A stretch of DNA of 64,000 nt from Candidatus Saccharimonadales bacterium (lineage in GTDB: Bacteria > Patescibacteriota > Saccharimonadia > Saccharimonadales > JANWIN01), in contig JBBRLY010000013.1 of NCBI GenBank assembly GCA_038231155.1, positions 196,305-260,304 on the forward strand, given 5' to 3'. Below, piece after piece: positions 55,249 through 63,442 of the stretch. Numbering within the stretch: the stretch's first letter is position 1; each line of letters begins with the position of its first letter. The notes under the pieces were generated by a model. That model was not told the DNA's origin, made no database searches, and saw nothing but the letters and a program-made list of their open reading frames with translations. A program made the translations under genes and the position numbers.

Positions 55249-57754
55249 TGACTGTTTCATCTTCTGACTGAGCTGAACCTACAGTATTTGGTACGGCTTC
55301 TGCTGAACCGCCTCTATGGCTTCTGTGGCGTCGACGGCGTTTTTTAACCGGCTCCTCCGCCATTTGAGACAGTTGAGGTGTTGAAGATTGACTTAGTTTA
55401 TGATTAGCTTCAGCTGGTTTAGCTGAATTCGGACGAACTTTCTTAATAGCATTTGAAATAATGCTGGCTTCTTTTGGTATTGTCAGGTGGGTAGGTTGTG
55501 ACTTTTGACTAGGGTCGATGTAGCGTTCTTGAACAAATGATTCTATATGACCACGATTAACGGCATATAGATTTCGACTATTCTGAATAATTTGGTCTGT
55601 TTGATCTGCAAATTGGTCTGGTAAATCAAGTGTTATTGCTGAGAATGCTTGAACCTTTTCGCCTTCAATTGTCATGCTAATCACAAAGTGCCGGTTGTGC
55701 ATGTGAACTAAGTCAAACTCCTCAAACTTAGGCTCAAAGTAACGTTGCATGCCCCGAGCATCATCGGCACCCATTCTAAAGGCAATGATAGAGCCAACAT
55801 TTCCAAATACGGCATCTTTGACTTCCTGACTCATTTGAGCGATGTACTGATTAGCAACCGTTAGGTTAAGGGCATACTTACGAGCCTCCGATAAAATAGT
55901 TGCAAAACTATCTGTAGCAAAGTTTTGAAATTCGTCAACATATAAATAAAAGGGTATGCGTTGATCGACAGGCATATCAGCCCGACTCATAGCACCCATT
56001 TGAATTTTAGTTACAAGTAGTGCACCTAGCAGCGCAGCATTATCTTCACCGATAAGACCTCTTGATAAGTTGACTATCAGAATTTTACGTTGATCCATAA
56101 TTTGTCGAATGTTAAAACTACTCTTAGGCTGTCCTATGATGTTGCGTACTGTCGGGTTGGCCGTAAAAGCACCAACCTTGTTAAGTACTGGCGCCACAGC
56201 TTCAGCTGCAAATTTATCATTCCAACTGGCAAACTCTACAGTCCAGAAATTTTTTACAACCGGGTCTTCAACATAACTTAAAACATCTTGCCGAAATTTT
56301 TTGTCAGTTAATATGCGGGTTATGTCGAGCATTGTGGAGTCCGGATAATCCAGTAGCGCCAATAGGCTATAACGTAAGATATATTCAAGTCTTGGTCCCC
56401 AACTTTCAAACATCCGTTTAAGAACACCGATTAGTTCTGAGGCCGTGTGTGACTTAAGTTTATTATCATAAACTTCCATCGGGTTAAAGGAGATGGGGAA
56501 GTCTGTGTCTGCTGGATTAAAGTAAATAACGTCATTAGCTCGTTCGGCGGGAATCCGCCGCAGTACGCTTAAAGCATAATCACCGTGTGGATCAATTACC
56601 GCAAAGCCGAACGGACTCTGAATATCTGAGATTGTCAAAAGCTCAAGTAAAGCTGATTTACCGACACCAGTTTGACCGATGATATAAAGATGCCTGCCGC
56701 GATCGATGCGCGGCAATCCAAATGGAGTGTTTTGACCTCTAAAATTGGTGGCAGCCATCGGACTAATCTCTTGCGTCGCACCGGGTACATAAATAGGAAG
56801 GTTAGCTGGTGGTTCAGCAGTTTTTGAATTAGCCCATAAAATATTAGGTGTCTCAACATTAGTGTGAGGGAGGTGATATAGACTGGCAATTTCTTCAATA
56901 TTGCAAACAAAAACCTTACGACTCATATAACGGTTCTGGTAAGCCGAGACAAAGCGCGGATCATCGGTAAAGTGTTGCGTAAAACCATTTAAATAAGTTG
57001 TATTAAACTGCTTAAACGTACCAGTTATTGCCTGCAATCGCATACGCGCCTGGCTAGGTCCCGATTGGCCCCGATAAATAACCCTCATAGCTACTTCGTA
57101 AGCTAATTTGTGACTTTTTTCTTCTGCAGCGTTAGCTCGGGTTGATTCATATTCTGCTAGTTTGGGGGTTTCAGTTTTAGCTTGAGGTGGCGCCCAAAGC
57201 ACATTAAGTAAACCACTTCGGGATGTCCCACCACGAATATTAGCAGCATAGCGTTCGCTTCTTTTATACCAGGCGTTGGGAGCGGGTCGAATAACCACCT
57301 GTAGCCAGGCTTCCTCTTGATCATTAAATTGGGCAAGGGTGGCGGTAATACCAGCTAGGGGATCGACTTCAAAGCTTGGAAATGTTTTAATCGGCAAAGC
57401 CTCATGAGCTGTTAGTTTAAGTTCAGCACCTAAAGTGGTGGCATGGTTTAAATCAGATTCTTTTGTATAATCCGGTACTTCAGTAATATTTACTGTCGGA
57501 TATTGCGCATAAATTTGTTCTTCCACGAAACTTTTTAAATGTTCCGGCACCCAAACATAAAATCCAATCTGGTGATTTTTAACAGCAATCTCAAAACTTA
57601 TATGAGAACGGGTTTTTTTATCTGCCAAAAGTCCATGCAAACTTGCGAACATTTGCTCGGCGGCTAGTTCTTTTTTTTCGTTGGTCCGGGGAACCTGCAG
57701 CAGCAGTACCGTACCCTCGCTTTGGATAATGGGTTGCTTTTTTAAAAAAGCCAT
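55235..57754 (-). CDS. soluble VirD4/TraD- or HerA-like P-loop ATPase with a large unknown N-terminal domain
   Basis: 839 aa with Walker A GQTGVGKS and Walker B LYVDEFQNF. The roughly 340-aa N-terminal domain has no TM helices, and there is an Arg-rich C-terminal tail. It overlaps gltX convergently by 14 nt. Confidence 0.68.
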   Translation of the reverse strand: MAFLKKQPIIQSEGTVLLLQVPRTNEKKELAAEQMFASLHGLLADKKTRSHISFEIAVKNHQIGFYVWVPEHLKSFVEEQIYAQYPTVNITEVPDYTKESDLNHATTLGAELKLTAHEALPIKTFPSFEVDPLAGITATLAQFNDQEEAWLQVVIRPAPNAWYKRSERYAANIRGGTSRSGLLNVLWAPPQAKTETPKLAEYESTRANAAEEKSHKLAYEVAMRVIYRGQSGPSQARMRLQAITGTFKQFNTTYLNGFTQHFTDDPRFVSAYQNRYMSRKVFVCNIEEIASLYHLPHTNVETPNILWANSKTAEPPANLPIYVPGATQEISPMAATNFRGQNTPFGLPRIDRGRHLYIIGQTGVGKSALLELLTISDIQSPFGFAVIDPHGDYALSVLRRIPAERANDVIYFNPADTDFPISFNPMEVYDNKLKSHTASELIGVLKRMFESWGPRLEYILRYSLLALLDYPDSTMLDITRILTDKKFRQDVLSYVEDPVVKNFWTVEFASWNDKFAAEAVAPVLNKVGAFTANPTVRNIIGQPKSSFNIRQIMDQRKILIVNLSRGLIGEDNAALLGALLVTKIQMGAMSRADMPVDQRIPFYLYVDEFQNFATDSFATILSEARKYALNLTVANQYIAQMSQEVKDAVFGNVGSIIAFRMGADDARGMQRYFEPKFEEFDLVHMHNRHFVISMTIEGEKVQAFSAITLDLPDQFADQTDQIIQNSRNLYAVNRGHIESFVQERYIDPSQKSQPTHLTIPKEASIISNAIKKVRPNSAKPAEANHKLSQSSTPQLSQMAEEPVKKRRRRHRSHRGGSAEAVPNTVGSAQSEDETVIRLR

Positions 57755-57983
57755 ATTTATATAACTATATTACATTTTGTCAAAATTTGCAAGCATAAGA
57801 AGTGCTTGGGCCGGAGATTAAGCTAAAAAATAGTAACAATAATCTAATTTGCGTCGATCACTATTCTTAATCTATATAAAGTATTGCCAGAATGCATCTT
57901 AACGGTTAATGATTTTAGATCATTGTTGTTCATCTATATTCTATGAGTTGGACTAAAGCGTAAGCGTTGATACAATAGACAGC

Positions 57984-59147
57984 ATGGATAATTTAACTCC
58001 ACCTAGTCCGGTGGACACTAATATAAATGTTTCTAAAAGCAACACACCAAAACAATCAGTACCACCTCATAAACGATTAAAATGGATATTCTTCAAACCA
58101 GAACACGTTTCACGCAAAAAATGGTTGTTAGTTGACGCCGCTATAGTCTTACTTATCGGATTAGCAACGGTTAGTGCAATAGCACTTTATAAGCATTTAA
58201 CCCGTGTACCAAAAAATACACCAGTAGCTAAGGTAGCCCGAGTACCGAAGACACCAGCGGTAGTGCCATCAAGACTTACAGGCTTACCGGTGGCCGCGAA
58301 TCTAAACGATCGCCCAATTACTGGGGTTATGATTGAGAATAGTCCAGATGCGAGGCCTCAATCTGGTCTTCTTGAAGCCGGTATAGTTTACGAAGCAATT
58401 GCAGAAGGTGGTATTACTAGATTTATGGCTCTATATGAGGAAGCTCAACCTGACTACATCGGTCCAGTACGAAGTGTTCGTCCATATTACTTGGAATTTG
58501 CTTTACCTTTTCAGGCATCAGTAGCCCATGTTGGTGGCAGCCCAGAAGGCTTATCTCAAGTCAAATCACTGCATATTAGGGATTTAGATGAATTCGCAAA
58601 TGCCGGAGCCTATCAGAGGATAAGCCAGCGATATGCACCGCATAATGTTTATACCAGTTCGGCCAAACTTGATGCTCTAGAAAAGACTAAGGGCTACGAT
58701 AAAAGTACTTTCACAAGTTTCCCCCGTAAAAAAGATCAACCATCAGCGGCACCAACAGCCAAATCAATCGATATGGCCATTTCTAGCTTTTACTACAATG
58801 CCCATTATAGTTATGATACAAAAACCGATAGTTACTTTAGGTCTGAAGCTAGTACACCTCACATTGATGATCGAACTCACAAACAATTAAACCCCAAAGT
58901 AGTCATTGCTTTGGTGATGAAGTACTCAATAGAAAGTGATGGTAAGCATAGTCAATATCAAACAACTGGAACCGGCACAGCCTATATCTTTCAAGATGGA
59001 GTAGTGTATATAGGTACATGGCGCAAGGATAGTAGTGCGTCACAAATAAGTTTTGTTGACGGTAGCGGTAAACCAATTAGTTTGAACGCTGGCCAAACTT
59101 GGATCTCCTTAGTTGGGCAAAACAGCAATGTAATCTACAAACCATAG
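57984..59147 (+). CDS. DUF3048 (YerB-like) domain protein, membrane-anchored
   Basis: PITGVMIENSPDARPQSGLLEAGIVYEAIAEGGITRFMALY and VRSVRPYY are DUF3048 blocks. An extended -10, TGATACAAT, ends 7 nt before the ATG. Confidence 0.75.
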   Translation: MDNLTPPSPVDTNINVSKSNTPKQSVPPHKRLKWIFFKPEHVSRKKWLLVDAAIVLLIGLATVSAIALYKHLTRVPKNTPVAKVARVPKTPAVVPSRLTGLPVAANLNDRPITGVMIENSPDARPQSGLLEAGIVYEAIAEGGITRFMALYEEAQPDYIGPVRSVRPYYLEFALPFQASVAHVGGSPEGLSQVKSLHIRDLDEFANAGAYQRISQRYAPHNVYTSSAKLDALEKTKGYDKSTFTSFPRKKDQPSAAPTAKSIDMAISSFYYNAHYSYDTKTDSYFRSEASTPHIDDRTHKQLNPKVVIALVMKYSIESDGKHSQYQTTGTGTAYIFQDGVVYIGTWRKDSSASQISFVDGSGKPISLNAGQTWISLVGQNSNVIYKP

Positions 59148-60680
59148 ATGGATCACTTTGCACGCCTTAAGCGGCAAATATGGAAATACATATTTGCAAT
59201 ACTTCTAATCAATAGTGCCGCTTTGTTGGCCAGTTGGTGGGTACTTGAGAAAGTTCTTCACCCACGGCAGTTTGAAGTTTTAATTATCTTATCCTTTGAA
59301 GCCATAGTTTTGGCATTCATCATTGTTAGCCAAGCAATTAGTTACGTAACTGAACCAGTAAAGTTATTATGGTTATCAATTTTGCATGTCTCGCCAAACA
59401 ATAAAAGTTCAGAAGCACCTAATTTAGATAAAAGCCGAGTTGGTAGGGAATTGGTCACTAGTTTAGCTATGCAAGTTTATCAATTGGCTAACACTAGTAT
59501 CACCAGATCTTCGCAAAGTTCTGTACTGCAACAGCGAGCTCAAATCATAGCCACTAACTTGCCCTTACCGCTACTAGTTATGGATAAAAATCAAACTATA
59601 ATATTTTCAAATGATGCGGCAAGTAAATATTTAAACTTAGCTAAAGACGGGCTAGTAGGCAAAAACTTGTATAACGTTCTACCGATGTCCTTTTCAAGTC
59701 AAGATACCTTTGATAAATGGTTAGCCGAGGCTAGGTCCCAGACTATAATTTCATCACACAGCTGGGAACGTGTTCGACTGACCCAAGTTGATCACCCCAA
59801 ACCGCTGTTATTTGATATGGCAGCTTACTACAGTAAACAAAGTTCCACAGATATTGAAACAATTGTCACTTTGTTTGACCACACTGCTACCTATAGTCAG
59901 GACGATGATGCTGTTAGTTTCGTAGCCCTGGCGGTTCATGAACTTCGTATACCACTGACGTTACTGCGCGGCTATATTGAATTATTTCAAGAAGAATTTA
60001 CCGGAAAATTAAGTCCTGAACTAGCTGGTTTTATGAGTAAAATGGAAGATTCGGCTGAAAAGTTAACAGTTTTTGTTAATAATATTCTAAACCTTGCTAG
60101 AGTAGATTCTGATCAATTAATACTTTCGCTTCATCAAGAAAGCTGGAATGATGTCGTAACCACGGTCGTTAAAGATTTACAGCTTAGAGCTTCGGTTCAA
60201 AATAAACAAATTGAGGTGCAACTCGCGCCAAACATACCACCTGTAGCCGTTGATGAGGTTAGTATGTATGAGGTTTTAGGTAATCTTTTAGATAATGCTA
60301 TAAAGTACGGGGGTGCAAACCCAAAAATTATTGTCAAAACATCCTTAGGAAAAGATGGATTAGTTGAGACAGATGTCCAAGACTTTGGTGTAGGTGTTCC
60401 TCAAAACGTTGTACCGCACTTATTTGAAAGATATCAACGCAACTATCATACCAGCCAACAAATTGGTGGTACTGGGCTAGGTCTATACCTAAGTAAAGCG
60501 ATTGTTACTGCACATGGTGGCAATATTTGGATTCGCAGTAAAGAAAATCAAGGAACTGTGGTAGGATTTACGCTAAAACCTTATGCTCAAGTTGCAAACG
60601 AGCTTAAATCAAGTGAAAATAAAGAAATTACCCGACAAGCCCACGGCTGGATTAAAAATCACTCACTTTATCGCAGGTAA
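59148..60680 (+). CDS. sensor histidine kinase (2 TM, PAS-like, HisKA, HATPase_c)
   Basis: H-box LAVHELRIPLT, N-box NLLDNAIKYG, G1 DFGVGV and G2 GTGLGL. Its ATG directly abuts the upstream TAG. Confidence 0.88.
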   Translation: MDHFARLKRQIWKYIFAILLINSAALLASWWVLEKVLHPRQFEVLIILSFEAIVLAFIIVSQAISYVTEPVKLLWLSILHVSPNNKSSEAPNLDKSRVGRELVTSLAMQVYQLANTSITRSSQSSVLQQRAQIIATNLPLPLLVMDKNQTIIFSNDAASKYLNLAKDGLVGKNLYNVLPMSFSSQDTFDKWLAEARSQTIISSHSWERVRLTQVDHPKPLLFDMAAYYSKQSSTDIETIVTLFDHTATYSQDDDAVSFVALAVHELRIPLTLLRGYIELFQEEFTGKLSPELAGFMSKMEDSAEKLTVFVNNILNLARVDSDQLILSLHQESWNDVVTTVVKDLQLRASVQNKQIEVQLAPNIPPVAVDEVSMYEVLGNLLDNAIKYGGANPKIIVKTSLGKDGLVETDVQDFGVGVPQNVVPHLFERYQRNYHTSQQIGGTGLGLYLSKAIVTAHGGNIWIRSKENQGTVVGFTLKPYAQVANELKSSENKEITRQAHGWIKNHSLYRR

Positions 60681-60686
60681 ACTTAT

Positions 60687-61076
60687 ATGGATGAACCACA
60701 CCAAACCTCTAGCCGACGCAAAATCTTGTTTTTAGAAGACGAGCCATTTATTGGCGAGATTTACTCTAGAGCTTTAGTTAAGGCCGGTAACGAAGTTAAC
60801 TTAATAAAAGACGGTCATCAGGGATTTGAACAAGCTAAAACAGGCACTTACGACATTATTCTTTTAGATCTAATGATGCCTAATATGCTGGGGCTAGATA
60901 TACTTCGTCGGCTGCGGACTGAAGTACCGAACCTAAAGTCTAAAATTATTGTGACGACAAATTTGGAATACTCTAAAGAGCGACGAGCAGAGATTGAAAA
61001 GCAGGCCGACGGTTACCTTATTAAAGCCGCTATTACGCCTCATCAGCTAGTGGATTTTCTAAGCAACGTTAAATAA
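60687..61076 (+). CDS. stand-alone receiver-domain response regulator
   Basis: 129 aa with acidic pocket LEDE, phospho-acceptor ILLDLMMP, and the T (VTTN) and K (YLIKA) positions. No output domain. Confidence 0.85.
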   Translation: MDEPHQTSSRRKILFLEDEPFIGEIYSRALVKAGNEVNLIKDGHQGFEQAKTGTYDIILLDLMMPNMLGLDILRRLRTEVPNLKSKIIVTTNLEYSKERRAEIEKQADGYLIKAAITPHQLVDFLSNVK

Positions 61077-61200
61077 TGACTTCTGGGGTTTTTCATTTAA
61101 AAGTCAGAGCTCTTCCAAGGCTTGAAATAGAAAACAAAATGGCTTCACATGTTTAAAGGCTAGTGCTACTATAGCTATAGTCATGTGAGTATGAGCCCTT

Positions 61201-61229
61201 TTGGGCCATCTACTTACAGGCTTTATAAT
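61201..61229 (+). promoter_or_regulatory. candidate promoter inside the long non-coding gap
   Basis: TTGGGC-N17-TATAAT (the -10 is at 61224-61229). It would give a roughly 170-nt 5' UTR for the small-protein/polymerase operon. Confidence 0.35.
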
Positions 61230-61406
61230 CCAAGCAGGCAAGCATACCTCGGTCACTGTGCGCCTTATCCAAATCTAAGTTACTCGCGCCACAGGAAGTG
61301 TTAAAAGAACGGTTAATTCTTTCTAGCGAGCAGCTCTTGTCAAAATCCGTTCACTGGCAATAACTTTTGTCAGATCTCTTAATTATTACCTCAAAGGAGC
61401 TTGGAT

Positions 61407-61661
61407 ATGAACAATCTACTCAATAAAGAAGTTGAAATTAACTCATTTGCTTTTATTAATCGACAAGGGCTTTGGAGCGTACCACGCTCCATAACAGTCG
61501 ATAACAAGCAGTATTCGTTTGTTGACTTAGGATTACGTTACTTAATTCAAAAAGGCCAACATCTGATCAGTTTATTTGATATGAGCGACGGTCAAAACAT
61601 TTATCGCCTCAAAAACGAAGACGACCAGTGGACACTAGTAAGCATCAAGACCGCCTCTTAG
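61407..61661 (+). CDS. small protein A (84 aa), paralog of the next gene
   Basis: ATG 61407 lies 7 nt after AGGAG. The pattern LNKEV...P..I...NK.Y......G......G..L.......D....Y.L.......WTL is shared with protein B. Confidence 0.6.
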   Translation: MNNLLNKEVEINSFAFINRQGLWSVPRSITVDNKQYSFVDLGLRYLIQKGQHLISLFDMSDGQNIYRLKNEDDQWTLVSIKTAS

Positions 61662-61678
61662 GCAGTCAGGCGGTAATT

Positions 61679-61945
61679 ATGCGTGAAAAGATTAATCAAG
61701 AGGTGAGTGTAGTTGCGGTGTTTAGTGCCAAGCAGAAAGTAGCTGCGCCATATCTAATAAGCTGGCAGAATAAAGACTACCAGTTAGATAAAATTGGCTA
61801 TCATCACATCATCCACAGAGGCAAGACCCTGCATCATATCTACGAACTAGCAGATAGAGATAGCAGTCTATACTTTCGCCTTAATCTAGATACCAGCAAT
61901 TTGCATTGGACGTTGGAGGTTGTCAGTGATGGTCTCCCGTCTTGA
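61679..61945 (+). CDS. small protein B (88 aa), paralog of the previous gene
   Basis: I moved the start to MREKINQEV (61679). The shared pattern is INQEV...P.LISWQNKDYQLDKIG....HRGKTL.......D...LYFRL.......WTLEVV. Confidence 0.6.
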   Translation: MREKINQEVSVVAVFSAKQKVAAPYLISWQNKDYQLDKIGYHHIIHRGKTLHHIYELADRDSSLYFRLNLDTSNLHWTLEVVSDGLPS

Positions 61946-61993
61946 ACCCAAAACTATTTTTGGACTGTTTACAGAGACGGGTAAGGGTTGGTA

Positions 61994-63235
61994 ATGGAAA
62001 TCCCGATTAACTACGCCCAGCCAATGATTATGCATATTGATTTGAATTCCTGCTTTGCAATTATTGAGCAGCAAGCTAACCCCTTAATCCGCAATAAGCC
62101 GGTAGCTGTAGCGGCTTACGATACACCCGGTGGCATGGTACTAGCATCCAGCTATGAGGCCAAAAGTCTAGGTATAAAACTGGGTCTTAACGTTGGTCAG
62201 GCCAGAGAAATTTGTAAAGATATTATTGTACTGATGCCTGATCCGGCTAAATACCGTGATGCCCACCGTCGTTTCCGTGACGTATTACTTAATTACACCA
62301 GTGAGGTTACACCTAAATCCATAGATGAATTTATAATTGACTTTAATGGTGCTCCAGCTTTGCGTCAAGGTCTGAACTTAACCAACATTGGTTATCAGAT
62401 CAAAGCTGATATTAAAAAGTCCTTAGGCGAATACGTTACCGTTAATGTAGGCATCTCTACCAATCGAACCTTAGCTAAAACGGCTGCTAACTTGCAAAAG
62501 CCAGATGGGTTAAACGTGATTGAGGCCCGTAACCTGCGTCAAACTTTGACCAGGTTAGAGCTACTTGATCTACCGGGCATTAATATACGTTATGAAGCCC
62601 GCTTGAATATGAGCGGCATTTACACTCCACTGCAGTTTATGGATGCCGATGGCAATTTTTTAAAAAAACAGGTATTTAAAAGTAAGGTTGGTATGGATTG
62701 GCATTACCGTCTTCACGGCTGGGAAGTAGATGACGTTACTTGGGGACGCAAAAGCTTCGGCCATCAATACGCCTTGTACGACAAAACCACTGATAGGCAA
62801 AAACTGTCACAGCTGCTCATGAAGCTATGCGAAAAAACCGGTCGGCGTTTACGCCAAGGTGGTTATACGGCCAGTGGTATTCGTCTATGGCTGACTTTCA
62901 CTAACCACCAATACTGGGCACAAGGTAAAGATACCAAAAATCAGATGTACAGCACCCAAGATATTTATTTTCAAGCTCACAAGCTATTAAATATGATAAC
63001 TCTGCCAGCTGGCGTGGCTCATATGGGTGTAACAGTGTTTAAACTTCTGCCTAGCTATCCGGAGCAACTAGGTTTATGGGACGGTACGCGAGCCGATACT
63101 AAAGCCTTAGCTCGGGCAGCTGACGAAGTGAACGACAGGTATGGTGAATTCACTGTAGTGCCTGCCATAATGGCTAATATGGATGGTTTGATTCTAGACC
63201 GTATCGCTTGGGGTAATGTTAAAGATTTATACTGA
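61994..63235 (+). CDS. Y-family DNA polymerase (DinB/UmuC-like) with catalytic residues present
   Basis: MHIDLNSCFA (catalytic Asp), SIDEFIID (Asp-Glu) and ISTNRTLAKTAANLQKP (HhH / little-finger region). The ATG start is 6 nt after AAGGG. Confidence 0.85.
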   Translation: MEIPINYAQPMIMHIDLNSCFAIIEQQANPLIRNKPVAVAAYDTPGGMVLASSYEAKSLGIKLGLNVGQAREICKDIIVLMPDPAKYRDAHRRFRDVLLNYTSEVTPKSIDEFIIDFNGAPALRQGLNLTNIGYQIKADIKKSLGEYVTVNVGISTNRTLAKTAANLQKPDGLNVIEARNLRQTLTRLELLDLPGINIRYEARLNMSGIYTPLQFMDADGNFLKKQVFKSKVGMDWHYRLHGWEVDDVTWGRKSFGHQYALYDKTTDRQKLSQLLMKLCEKTGRRLRQGGYTASGIRLWLTFTNHQYWAQGKDTKNQMYSTQDIYFQAHKLLNMITLPAGVAHMGVTVFKLLPSYPEQLGLWDGTRADTKALARAADEVNDRYGEFTVVPAIMANMDGLILDRIAWGNVKDLY

Positions 63236-63369
63236 GTCCTCACCAGTTGAACTGGCTATTTTTTCAAGTTGTAATTATGCGACAAGCTTTATATCTGGTT
63301 TCATTATTGTTAAATTTAAATAAATCCTTGTATTTAACAATTATGTCAGTCCTTTTATTAGTAAAAATA

Positions 63370-63391
63370 GAGCGCGGACAAAACCGCGCTC
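63370..63391. terminator. bidirectional terminator between convergent genes
   Basis: GC-rich 8-bp stem GAGCGCGG / CCGCGCTC with loop ACAAAA. An A-run lies upstream and a T-rich stretch downstream. Confidence 0.65.
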
Positions 63392-63442
63392 GTATATTTG
63401 TGACAAGAATTTTAGTTAGAAAATATTGCTACAGATTTATCG

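Noticed and set aside
61305-61321. A LexA/SOS (Cheo-type CGAAC-N4-GTTCG) box upstream of the polymerase cassette.
   Set aside because: Only GAAC and a mis-spaced ATTC half match. AAGAA-N7-TTCTT is a palindrome but does not match the consensus, and no lexA is visible.
61077-61406. A known structured RNA (RNase P RNA, tmRNA, 6S or SRP RNA) in the long gap. smpB elsewhere in the window also prompted a look for ssrA.
   Set aside because: I could not find the RNase P P4 consensus (GGAAAGUCC / ACAGAA). There is no tRNA-like GGTTCGA...CCA 3' end or tag ORF for tmRNA, and no end-to-end pairing typical of 6S. The region is left as an unassigned regulatory or RNA element.
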